Below are positions 13,837-25,945 of a stretch of 64,000 nt of DNA, piece after piece. How positions within the stretch are numbered: position 1 is the stretch's first letter; every line of letters begins with the position of its first letter. The DNA comes from Octopus sinensis (lineage: Eukaryota): NCBI RefSeq assembly GCF_006345805.1, contig NC_043003.1:85994001-86058000 (forward strand). Reading direction: 5' to 3'. Position numbers and translations under genes: made by a program. The notes below the pieces were generated by a model. That model was given only the letters and a program-made list of their open reading frames with translations. It ran no database searches and had not been told where the DNA came from.

Positions 13837-14220
13837 TCTCTCTCTATATAAACGGCAGTTTGTCTGTGTGTGTTTCTGTGTGTCTGTTTGGTTGTACCCT
13901 CACCCTGACCATGGCTTTCAACCGATTCTGATGAAACTTGACACACACATAGCCCAATGTCATAATTCAAAACTAACGCAGCGAAAATTTTGAAAAGTTC
14001 CCCCAGTTCTGAAAAAGATCGATAAATTCTACATGGGGTCGACAATCAGAAACACAAACCACAGATGGTCTAGGGGACGCAACTCGACCTTTTTAACTAT
14101 CAAAAAAAATTTACCATAATTTTTTTCCCATTATTTTGCTATTTTTTGGCTATAACTCTCTAAAAATGCTTTATAGTTATTTCCCTTACAAACCCGAGCA
14201 ACGCCGGGCGATACTGCTAG
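13837..14220 (+). mobile_element. Non-autonomous Helitron, 384 bp
   Basis: A|TCTCTCTC start, subterminal GC hairpin cccgagcaacgccggg at 14193-14208, CTAG|T end, no target-site duplication: the canonical Helitron termini at an A/T target. Confidence 0.8.
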
Positions 14221-14492
14221 TATTACATAAATGTGACCATTATCACTACTATTATTAATGGAGTAAATTATCAATATTCTGAGTGATGAGACTGAAGTAT
14301 AGTAGACTTGTACCTCTAGCTTCACATCTAGTTCACTATCAATGTAAAGAAGCAAATCCATCAGCAATGTTACTGGAGACGCTTGTTCAAAACCTATTCT
14401 TCGGTAATGGAAATAGTATTACAACAATATAACATACAATAGCATAATAGTTTATTTAGTTAATAGAAAAAAAATAATAATGAAATACTTAC

Positions 14493-14564
14493 AGTTCCTG
14501 CAGGTTATTTAAAGGTTTAAACGCATTTTCAGCGATATATTGTATTCGGTTATCAACCAGGTCA
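14493..14564 (-). CDS. Internal coding exon D (72 bp, one LRR, phase 2-2) of the same LGR gene
   Basis: Acceptor ctttggtgacag, donor gtaagt. Encodes DLVDNRIQYIAENAFKPLNNLQEL, in register with the next Rickets repeat (DLEGNEISYIHKEAF..., recalled). In frame after exon C (CT|T = Leu). Confidence 0.85.
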
Positions 14565-16480
14565 CTGTCACCAAAGATAAAAATATACATAAAGAAAAAT
14601 GAATGACAGGAAATTGCTTTGTCGAAAAAAGCAACTTCTTTTACTACGAAGCCACTAAAACAGAATAAATACATGTTGCAGCTTTGTAGAAGAACATCAT
14701 AAAACTACATCAAACAAAGCACGATCAGAAAAAAAGTCAAAATCTATTTATTTCCTATGAGTTAGAAGTTTTGGCTCTCAGATAAGTTTTGTTTACTTTT
14801 TGTGGCTATTTATTTTCAATTTTATTTGAACAATACCCCGAAGACATTAAGATTGAGCAATAAATATAATCTATCGCTATCTGTCATTTACGCTTACATT
14901 TAATAATAAAAGTAACTTTTTAGCAATGTGTGTTTCGTTAGTTAAGAATATAAATACACAAAAAGTTGCCCTCAGTATATACAGAACAGGAAAATTTTAC
15001 TGATGGCTAACAAATCTATAACTGGCTAGTCAATAATGAAATAAAATATTTAAAAATAAAGGGATGAACTAGTTGCCATGAATTATTAGGAGGTTTGTTA
15101 CTATACCAAATATAGAACATTAGAAGCACTTAATAGTTACAACCCACAAACCAGGTTCCTCGGCCATTGAATATCTCGATGATATTACGTTTTTTTTAAT
15201 GTCTCTAAGTCATACATTTGTAGAAGGAGGTATATTTGAATCGACCTCAATGTATTACTGGTAGTTAAGACAAAGCCGATTCCAGTAAGATTTGAACTAG
15301 TGAGGAATGAAGATGAATATCATAAAGTATTTAGTTAGGCACTCAACTGATTCTTGACACATTCATCATCCGTCATCCGTCTTCAAGATGTAAAATATTT
15401 GGCAACAAATATACATGATTTCTTTCGAGTAAATTCAGCGCTATTTTTTAATAAGACGGTGTATAACTATTGGAATATGCCAAAGGATATTACTAGTACA
15501 CGTTTCGTTATCTAAGGGGTGATGGAAAGCAATGCTAAACCTAGAAAATATTGGTACTTCAGAAAATATTGGTACTTCCCATCCAATAGGCTTCCATATA
15601 GTTTCCATCTTCTCAATTTCATACTCGCTATGCAATGGGATCGAACATGAGATTTCATGATTGCAAAAAGAACTTCTTAATCACTCGGCCTTGCATGCGC
15701 TACGCACATGTACATGCATACATAAAGCTGTACACAAACACCTCATCACATACATTGTAAAACGTAAATATTCAGCGGTTAGAGAAATGCTAGGATGAAG
15801 AAAGTGTGTAATCGGAAAGCGGACCATATCGATTATTTGGGCAGAGAATTTAGTTTACGAATACAAAATCCTTTTATTAAAAGAATAATAATGATAAAAT
15901 AAAGAAGTAAATATAAAGAACAATAATTTTTTTATAGGATCGAATATTGTAGATTTAGTGATGGAAAATGGTAAATACAAGTTCTTTTCTGTACAAAAAT
16001 ACAAACCATTTTCAATATGATAAAACAATAAAAATAAAGAAGTGGGTGACTGCTTCAATCTTCTGCATTAAAATCTTATATTACTTAAGAAATGCTTAAT
16101 ATATTTTCTCTTTCAAACATCGTAATGTAATGTTAAATTATTGGTCTTTTTATGAGCAGAGGAAGAAAAAATATTCCTTTGCTGACACTGAAGTAATATG
16201 AGCGTATTTCTGTGTACAATAATAAAAATAACTGAAAGAATTTCGCCGCACTACGTTTTAATTGAGGAGGAGTGTAAAAAATTAGTCTAAATGGGAATTG
16301 CAGCCGCAGGATATTTGTTTTGCTTTGAATTAATGTTGCTGAGAATCCTATGTGATATAGAATTACAAAACATTTTCATTTTCTAATATTGTTTTTTGCA
16401 TTATGCATAAAATGCTTGCAGAGACATATTAGCAGAGATGTTACAATCGAATCAAATACTGAAAGGTATTTCTTTCGCTT

Positions 16481-16528
<48 letters not shown>

Positions 16529-16529
<1 letters not shown>

Positions 16530-16986
16530 GGCTACAGCAAATATTCTGCTCAATACCACAGATTTGCTTGTCAGTTGTTTGACCTTAACCAGTTGAGCAT
16601 GTCCCTTAGTGGCTGACGATATGTGCATCTCTGATCACGAGCAGAAGTAGTGGGGGAGCATCATAGCCATGTGTTGAGAGGGATTCTTTGGGGTTTGAAT
16701 AGTTCACCTCTGGAAACATGGGTGGTTCTTTCAACATCCTTAAACAACCCTTATTCAGGGACCGTTTGAGCGGGATGGGCTACTCAACCTGAAGAAAATT
16801 CTAACTGGGCTCCACCTGCAAGGTCATGTGCTGTTTATCTTGATATAAGATCACCATGTCGCGCACATATGGTTGTGATGCATGTGCCTGGTGTACCTTT
16901 ATCAGACGGGTAGTCATGATGGGTATATTGGGCTTCGTATATTTTACCCCAGTGTCACTTTGATGGCATGAACTGCTCTCTCACTC
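16529..16986 (+). mobile_element. ~557-bp element, copy 3 (lacks about 105 bp at the ATGCCC end)
   Basis: Reverse complement of copies 4 and 5; (AAT)n on both sides; ends CTCTCTCACTC(AAT)n. Confidence 0.9.
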
Positions 16987-17060
<74 letters not shown>

Positions 17061-17062
17061 TA

Positions 17063-17275
17063 CGGCAGCGAGCTGCCAGAAACGTTAGCACGGCGTGCGA
17101 AATGCGTAGCCGTATTTTGTCTGCCGTTACGTTCTGAGTTCAAATTCCGCCGAAGTCGACTTTGCCTTTCATCCTTTCGGGGTAGATAAATTAAGTACCA
17201 GTTACGCACTGGGATCGATGTAATCGACTATCCTCCTCCCCTACAATTTCAGGTCTTGTGTCTATAGTGGAAAGG

Positions 17276-17278
<3 letters not shown>
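17063..17278 (+). mobile_element. tRNA-derived SINE, family 1, well-preserved copy with an (ATT)n tail
   Basis: GGCAGCGAGCTGCCAGAAACGTTAGC head, B-box GAGTTCAAATTCC, conserved central GCCTTTCATCCTTTCGGGGTAGATAAATTAAGTACCAG domain. This resembles the metazoan Meta-SINE domain from memory; unverified. Confidence 0.88.
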
Positions 17279-17329
<51 letters not shown>

Positions 17330-17869
17330 GAGTGAGAGAGCAGTTCATGTCATCAAAGTGACACTGGGGTAAAATACACGAAGCCCAGTATACCCATCAT
17401 GACTACTCGTCTGATAAGGGTACACCAGGCTCATGCATCACAACCATGTGTGCACGACATGGTGATCTCATATCAAGAAAAACAGCACATGACCTTGCAG
17501 GTGGGTCCAGTTAGAATTTTCCTCTTGCCGAGTAACCGATCCCGCTCAAAAGGTCCCTGAACAAGGGTTACTTAAGGATGTTGAACAAAACACCCATGTT
17601 TCCAGAAGTGAATTATTCAAACCCCAAAGAATCCCTCTCAGCATACGGCTATGATGCTCCCCCACTACTTCTGCTCCTAATCAGCGATGCCCATATCGTC
17701 AGCTACTAAGGGACATGCTCAACTGGTTATGGTCAAACAACTGACAAGCAAATCTGTGGTATTGAGCAGAATATTTGCTGTAGCCCATCTTTTATACCAA
17801 GACAAAACAATGTACATGATAAAAAAGATCAGCAGCTATGAGAGCCATTGCCTGGTACTGCATCAGAGC

Positions 17870-17871
<2 letters not shown>
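17330..17871 (-). mobile_element. ~557-bp element, copy 4 (near full length)
   Basis: Colinear with copy 5; (ATT)n on both sides on the + strand. Confidence 0.9.
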
Positions 17872-17946
<75 letters not shown>

Positions 17947-17994
17947 TTATTATCATTATTATTATTATTATTGGACCAATTATATGAAGTACAG

Positions 17995-18245
17995 AATTGA
18001 CAACAATATCCGGTCGACGGTGTTCAATTACACGATTCGTCTGAAAATCATTCTCCCAGACTATCGTTTCTTTTCCATCCTCCTACATAACTTTACTTGG
18101 TACATGCTTATACCAGTTCCCTGTAACTTCATATTGGTATTTACAGCATAAGAAGCAATGAAGATGCACACATACTTTATCATGGCGGCACTTGTATTCT
18201 TTTTGTGCAAGGCTCTCACACTTACAAAGTGGGTCACATTTACCA

Positions 18246-18246
<1 letters not shown>
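17995..18246 (-). mobile_element. Internal fragment of an R4/Dong-like LINE (post-zinc-knuckle to REL PD motif), bounded by (AAT)n
   Basis: Minus translation CESLAQKEYKCRHDKVCVHLHCFLCCKYQYEVTGNWYKHVPSKVM*EDGKETIVWENDFQTNRVIEHRRPDIVV aligns with SCPVLAKKEYIDRHDRVGTYIHWKLC...ILWDMPIHTDREIKANRPDIVV of the 40-42.6 kb LINE. Confidence 0.85.
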
Positions 18247-18318
<72 letters not shown>

Positions 18319-18320
18319 TA

Positions 18321-18538
18321 AGGCGGCCAGCTGGTAGAATCGTTAGCACGCTGGGCGAAATGCTTAGCGGTATTTTGTCTACCACTACGTTCTGAGTTCA
18401 AATTCCTTCGCGGTCGACTTTGGCTTTCATCAATTTGGGGCCGATAAAATAAGTACCAATTGAAAAAACTGAGGTCAATTTAATCGATTTAGCCCTTCCC
18501 CCAAAATTGCTGCCTTTGTGAAAAAATATGAAACCATT
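18321..18538 (+). mobile_element. tRNA-derived SINE, family 1
   Basis: Same head, B box and central domain as 17063-17278. Confidence 0.85.
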
Positions 18539-18547
18539 ATTATTGTT

Positions 18548-18687
18548 GTTCTATATTTAAGTGGTAGGGAATTATGCACATTATTTACATTATTTACATT
18601 TGACGAATATTAAGAGTAGTTAAGAGCACGGGCTACTAACACAAAGAGTCCAACTTCGATTCCAGGCAGTGACCCGAATAATAATAA

Positions 18688-18762
<75 letters not shown>

Positions 18763-18930
18763 TAATAATAATAATCTTAATAATAATAATATCGAAAAAT
18801 ACACTAGGAATGAGAACCCAGGTTCGAAATTTCACCAAAACACCTGATAAAGGATGGAGGGTATATCAGCCGAAACATTGTGTTAACAACACGGACAAAT
18901 ATCCGTCAAATCTAAATAATGTAAATGAAA
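18548..18930 (+). mobile_element. tRNA-headed, (AAT)n-containing element with a Penelope-type hammerhead tail (degenerate ribozyme copy) and an inverted tail fragment at its 5' side
   Basis: A-box-like 18615-18627 and B-box-like ttcgattcc 18655-18663; (AAT)n ~18677-18790; hammerhead-like 18839-18884 with CTGATAA and GAAACATT core mutations. 18578-18611 is the reverse complement of the tail at 18898-18926. Confidence 0.7.
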
Positions 18931-18950
18931 TTATTATTTTTATTATTATT

Positions 18951-19507
18951 GAGTGAGAGAGCAGTTTCATGCCATCAAAGTGACACTGGGCTAAAAATAT
19001 ACGAAGCCCAGTATACCCATCATGACTACCCGTCTGATAAGGGTACACCAGGCACATGCATCACAACCATATGTGCGCGACATGGTGATCTCATATCAAG
19101 ATAAACAGCACATGACCTTGCAGGTGGGGCCCAGTTAGAATTTTCTTCAGGTTGAGTAGCCCATCCTGCTCAAAAGGTCCCTGAATAAGGGTTGTTTAAG
19201 GATGTTGAAAGAACCACTCATGTTTCCAGAGGTGAATTATTCAAACCCCAAAGAATCCCTCTCAACACACGGCTATGTTGCTCCCCCACTACTTCTGCTC
19301 GTGATCAGAGATGCACATATCGTCAGCCACTAAGGGACATGCTCAACTGGTTAAGGTCAAACAACTGGCAAGCAAATCTGTGGTATTGAGAGAATATTTG
19401 CTGTGGCCCATCTTTTATACCAAGACAAAACAATGAACATGATAACACTGCCAATCAGTTAAGATCAGAAGCCATGAGAGCCACTGCCTGGTATTGCATC
19501 AGGGCAT
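18951..19507 (-). mobile_element. ~557-bp element, copy 5 (full length reference copy)
   Basis: Minus strand reads ATGCCCTGATGCAATACCAGG...GCTCTCTCACTC(AAT)n; no long ORF and no tRNA A/B box recognised. Confidence 0.9.
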
Positions 19508-19525
19508 TTATTATTATTATTATTA

Positions 19526-19564
<39 letters not shown>

Positions 19565-19577
19565 TATTATTATTATT

Positions 19578-19897
19578 ATTCAAATTCCGCCGAGGTCGAC
19601 TTTGCCTTCCATCCTTTCGGGGTCGATTAAATAAGTACCAGTTACGCACTGGGGTCGATAAAATCGACTTAATCCGTTTGTCTGTCCTTGTTTGTCCTCT
19701 CTGTGTTTAGCCCCTTGTGGGTAGTATAGAAATAGGTACTCCGTCTGTCGTTACGGTCTGAGTTCGAATTTGTCTTTCAAACTTTCGACTTTGCCTTTCA
19801 TCCTTTCGTGGTCGATAAAATAACTTGAGTACTTGGGTCGATGTAATCGACTAAGCACTTCCCCCAAATTTCAGGCCCTGTGCCTTTAGTAGAAAGA
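19578..19897 (+). mobile_element. SINE family 1 dimer (headless)
   Basis: Body plus alternative tail, junction gaaatag|gtactccgtc at ~19735, then a second body with the standard tail. Confidence 0.8.
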
Positions 19898-22109
19898 ACT
19901 ATTATTATTATTATTATTATTACATTCTGAGATCAACTTTACCTTTCAACATTCCAGTGTCGATAAGATATACAGTACAGTAATATACTGGGATGCTTTT
20001 AATCGACTACTGTTCTCTGCAAGTATACAATAAGACTGATACGAATCATTGCAGAGTTCCGAGACAGGCGAAGTGAAATGGCAGTCACAACACCCTGCCA
20101 CCGTATCAACATTATCCATTAATCCTGCACTGGAGGTACATGTGTTAGTGGTTAGTATGTTCGCCTAATGATCATAAGGTCGTGAGTTCAATTCCTGTAC
20201 AGGGCAGTACTATGTGTTCGTGAACATGGCACTTCAGTTCCTGTTGCTTCACTCTACTCAGCTATAACGGACACTAACTGGGTGCTGGGTGCAACCTCAG
20301 TCCATCCCCAGTTGTCACATTCTAAAGATTATGTTGGGTTAGAGACAGAAGGGGTGTCTATGCCGTATCGTGACCTCAAAGACTCGTAAAACAACTTGCG
20401 GCACATGGCACATGCTACCACGCCAATCTCGCAAGAGAGTGACGGCTGGCTGTATTGTACTAATAACTCACTTCATGTCTCCTCCCACTATCTCACTCTG
20501 TCTCTCTCTCGCTCTCTCACTCTCTCATACACTCTGACTATCTGCTTGTCTGCCTGTCTGTCTCTTTCTCTCTGCCCCACTCTCTTTCTCAAAGTGACCC
20601 GCATTAAAAAAGGGACCATGCAAAAGAAAGAAAAACAAAATGTTTATTAATTTCTTTATAAATTTGTCTCCAGTGTGCTTAGAGTTTTACTCGTGGGAGC
20701 TACCAACAATAAAGTATTGTTTTGTGTGAAATGTGCCAATATTGGGTTATTTAGGTGGTCGCTTGACCTGCTAGAAAGAGCAGTCAAATTCCCTAAGTCA
20801 CAGGACTTAATTGACAATGCAATTTTGGATATACAAAAAGACGGAATCGTCTTTTTTTGTATATCTAGAATAGTTTTGATGAAAGGTTTGCTCAGTCTAA
20901 ATCAACTTGGGCTAAACATCAGCAAAAATAGCAACAGACAATCTTCATTAGGCTTTTACTGAGTAAATTTTATATGAGTTATATAATTCTAGTCACGTAT
21001 GCCGAAATCCTTTCGTGTCTTGTTGCTAGTATACTGTATAAATAAATCCTTTCTGGAGCCGTGATAACTAATAGGATTGATTGCATTATAGGCGCATATG
21101 TTTTACATCTGGTTTTGTAGCAGTATTTAACTTGCACTGATTTGCTTTGCTGTATAAACACATAAGCCGAAATATGTTAAATTGCTTTCCGGGAAAATAT
21201 TTGTCCTATGAACTTTGGAGTGAGAAATTAATCTTTAATCTACCAGCTGCTAGATTGCGACCATACTGGGACACCACCTTGAAGTGTTTTAATGGAATGA
21301 ATTTGTAATTAGTCTATTGATCTCTTTAGCGGAACCGCTAAGTTACGGGAATATAAGCTTACAAACTCCGGTTGTCAAGGGATGATCGGGAACAAATGCA
21401 AACACACGCAAATGTATATATACGATGGACTTCTTTTAGTTTCCGTCTACCAAATCCACTCATAGGGCTTCAGTCGGCTTGGTGACATAACAGAAGAAAA
21501 AGGGCTCTCGTTGCCATGCAGTAGTTTGAAAGCAAACTTCTAGCCACACTGCCACGCATACCCCTATAGAAAATATGGAACGCTGGGAAAATTTGAGTGT
21601 CGTCCTTACGCAGGGGACATCATTGAACAACCACACACATACTCAGACACACACATACACGAACAAATTGTCATTCCCTTAAATTTTAAAGCAACTCTGT
21701 GTTTATTCCTAAAAATCCTACATACTTCTCGAGCAACTATTACTCATGGTTCACTGTGGAGTTCCAATAAAACCAGCCAAAACATATTTAGAATAATAAA
21801 TAGTTAAAACCAATCAAAACATATCAGAATTGCGCTATAGATAAAATTCTTTCCCCATTGCATTCAATAATTAATTAGTTGTAACTAATTAAAATTTCAG
21901 AGTTATCCCGTTGTGTGTGTGTGTGTGTGTGTGTGTGCGCGTGCGTGAGTTTATAAGAATCAGTTACATAATGGTAATTCTCATCACTATCAGTGTGATC
22001 GTTATTAAGTAAAATTACTGGACTTAATTATAACAAATATACTGTACCTCTCCCACCCTGTATTATGAAACTTCTCTGCATCGGCACCCCAGGGTATTTT
22101 CTACAATAG

Positions 22110-22156
<47 letters not shown>

Positions 22157-22196
22157 TCCTGGTAAGAAGATTTGGCGTGTTCTTCTAGCATATTAG

Positions 22197-22298
22197 AAAT
22201 CCACCTTGGTGGTTATTCCTCTTATAAATGTACAGCAAAGAATGAACAAAGAGGCAACTTTCATCAATAAATTCCATCCACGACTTAACATGAACACA
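22197..22298 (+). mobile_element. Possible relic of a Penelope-like element GIY-YIG ORF C-terminus
   Basis: Translation LVVIPLINVQQRMNKEATFINKFHPRLNMNT* resembles the recalled PLE terminal pattern (I/V)FP....R..KE..FI.KF.P.LN. Short match only. Confidence 0.5.
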
Positions 22299-23448
22299 TA
22301 ACATAATACAGAACACTACTAACCTTACCATTAATACCACTAACTCCCATACATCCCGTACACCATTCATATTACAGTATTATATCCACACTAACTGCAC
22401 CACATCCAGAACTACTTACCTCTCTTACACATAATTTTTTTTATTAAGGGAATAGTAGACCAAACACTGTTTAGTAATCAGTGCACATTCAAATCCAGTG
22501 AACAGTAATTGACGAAACCGGTATGACTTTGAATCCATTTCATAATTCATAATAATGACTTTTATTCCTCGTAATTTTACATCAGTTCATCTAATTGTAC
22601 ATTTATCGTTACTTTTCATAAAAAAGCCATTATTATTTTGATATCCAGTGTGCATTTTCGCTTTTTTCTTCTTACTCTCCCCATACCTTTTCCACGTGTA
22701 GTTACTATTTTCTTTTTGAAACATATTTCTATTATATATACATATACATACATTGACGCACGCGAGTATGTTGTGTACGTGTCTATAGATAGGTAGTTTA
22801 GCTGAGTAACTAAGAAGTTTGCTTCGCAACCACAAGGTCCCCTATTCAATCCCACTGAACGACGTCTTAGGCCAATACAATTTTCTATAGCCCCAAGTCA
22901 ATCTATAACTTGTGAGTGAAATTGGGCAATCAGAAACAGTACTGAAGCCCATCAGGTAGACCGAATCTGTAAATCAAAAAGTACAGCATTGTCACTTACT
23001 GTGAAACACCGATTGAGACAATTACGTTAAGAGTACATATGTTTATCTTATGTCTTTTACTTGTTTAAGTCATTGGACAGCTGCCATGGTAGATCACTGC
23101 ATGGAAGAGTTTTAGTCGAACTAATCGACACCAGGTCTTAATTTTAAAGCTCGGTGCTTATTCTATGGGTTTCTTTTGCCGAACCGCTAAGTTACGGAAA
23201 CGTAAACGCACCAGCGTCGATTTTCAAGCGATGTTGAGAGAAACACACACACACACACACACACACACACCACACACACACACACACACATAGCTTCTTT
23301 CAGTTTCCATCTACTCACAAGGCTTTGGTCGGCTCGAGGCTATAATAGAAGACACTTGCCCAATGTGATACGCAGTGGGACTGAACCCAGAACGATGTGA
23401 TTGTTAAGCAAGCTACTTACCACACAGCCACACGAGATATATATATGC

Positions 23449-23540
<92 letters not shown>

Positions 23541-24017
23541 TATATATATATATCTATGTTTCATACTTCCATTTGGTAGCCGAAAGATTACTTAATGCAT
23601 ACACACACACACATATATATACATACATAAATACATACACACATGCATATATATATATATGGAAAACACGTAGTAGTGCTCAAATGGTTTGCACTTAAAC
23701 TCCGAAATCTTTATCAAGGACTACGTCAATGGAGTGGCTAAGAGAAATTCAGGTGAGCTGATATGGAGATAACGATGTAGATAAACATGCACGAACTTGA
23801 TATAGAAAATATATACACAATTTTACATGTAAATTTGTTTAGTAAGTATATAAATAACTATACGCTTATACATGAGTGTTCATGATTATTTCCAGGTTTT
23901 GTTTCTCAATCTATATATTTGCATGTGCATATGTATGTAAGTATGTATATGTGTATGTATGTACGGTATGCATGTATGTTTTATGTATTAAGCCCGAGTG
24001 TGTTTATCTGCATGTCC

Positions 24018-24065
<48 letters not shown>

Positions 24066-24066
24066 A

Positions 24067-24140
<74 letters not shown>

Positions 24141-24205
24141 AAAGAAAAGCTCTACTTTGTAACTTGTCCCATCTGTGTGCAGCCCTGTGTGGCCAATAAA
24201 GAAAC

Positions 24206-24298
<93 letters not shown>
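24018..24298. repeat. (TATC)n microsatellite interrupted by a ~65-bp insert
   Basis: Read directly from the sequence. Confidence 0.95.
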
Positions 24299-24300
<2 letters not shown>

Positions 24301-25945
24301 ATCTCTCTTTATATATAATACTAGCAATGCAACCCAATAACATCACGACTAACTCTTATAGCAGTACATGTATCTGATAGGGAAAAATTGATTTGAAATT
24401 GTACCAATCAGTGAACACGGTGTCGATCCCGATCAATGAAATTGCCCTCGCACAGATGCGCGGTGTTGCTGTTGTCTTCACTGAGGTTATCAGGTCAAAC
24501 ATTTGTTTTCTATCGCACCGCCCGCATTATAGTACAACTTCAACCACTGTGAAAAATAGGGTGATTGTAGCAAAATCCTTACGGCTTCTTCGATACGCGT
24601 GAATATATGCTAATAACGATAAGCAATTTTACATAAACTGGGTTGAATAATAATAAAAATGTTAAAGGCAAAAACGCTCGAAAGGTTTTAGTCATTGCTT
24701 CACGTTTAACCACACTTGAACGAATATAGGATATTACTTTGCTTAATCCTTGGGGAAATTTTATCGAATTTAAATCTGAGAACGCTCGTTGGTATTCCTG
24801 AGTTGTTTGCTACCAAGGAAATCTACATGGACTAACTGTTTTAGGTAGTAATGCCAGGTGTGATCACACTTATGCCAGAAACACAGTTCATTAGTCAATT
24901 TTCTGTAGAAAAATAGGGTTTTGTGCAAAGAAATGGTATCAACACATTGTTTAATCATGGAATACTGAAGACGTTCACATTGGCACAAAGGCCATTATTG
25001 ACGGAAAATGTGCAAATATTTTGTTCCATAAAAGCATGTTTCTGATCATTTTCTGTTTGTGATGCAGCAAGGGTTTGGTGCATCACAAATGCGCTCATAA
25101 AACACCTTGTACATTGCTGTATTTTTTGACACCGAAAACATTAAAATTGGCAACGTATATAAGAAGCAAATCCAAATATTGCATGAAAATGATCTCAAAA
25201 TTGTGCGACCCGACCTTACATTTGAGGTTATTTTTGTAGTAAAAAGAGTTGTCGTGCAAAGATCATACTTCCATTTGGTAGCTGAAAGATTACTGAATCT
25301 TTTGATACTTCATACGTCAAAATCGGCATCCCAGTTTTCGAATCCATAAGGAACATACGCACCACACACAGACACACAGATACACACACACATACACACA
25401 CACACATACGCACACACACAACTCTGTTTTATATATGTGTGTGTGTGTGTGTGTGTGTATACGATAAGCAAGTTTCGCTTTCCATCTACCAAATCTACTG
25501 AAAAGGCTTTGAGATATTTGCTCAAGGTTGCACGCAATACCCCCACGAAACACGCACGCATACGCATACATATATACACGCAATAAGCTTTCTATCACGA
25601 TTAATCACTTTCCATTTATAGTTTACTACAACCATGTCATATTATTTCCGTAGATTGAAGGGACCGATTTTCCATTGTTTAGTTAACGGTACAACAAGTG
25701 ACAGTGAAGATAAGTCGCAGCTGGATCGTGCAAGTGTTGGTTTGAAGTAATTTTCCGATAAACGAGATGATATTTATTTCGATACGGCCTCATATAAATT
25801 TTATATACGTCTTAATATACGCTTGTGCGTGATGATTCTTTGCCAAGATATATTTCTTGTTAGTACTCATACGGATGCTATTAAATATCATTTGAGTCAA
25901 ACTGGGTTTTTCTTGGATAAAGGATTCTTGAATCGATCAGTTATT

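Noticed and set aside
18612-18675. tRNA-like sequence considered as a true tRNA gene
   Set aside because: No acceptor stem, degenerate arms, and embedded in a repeat; it is a SINE-type head.
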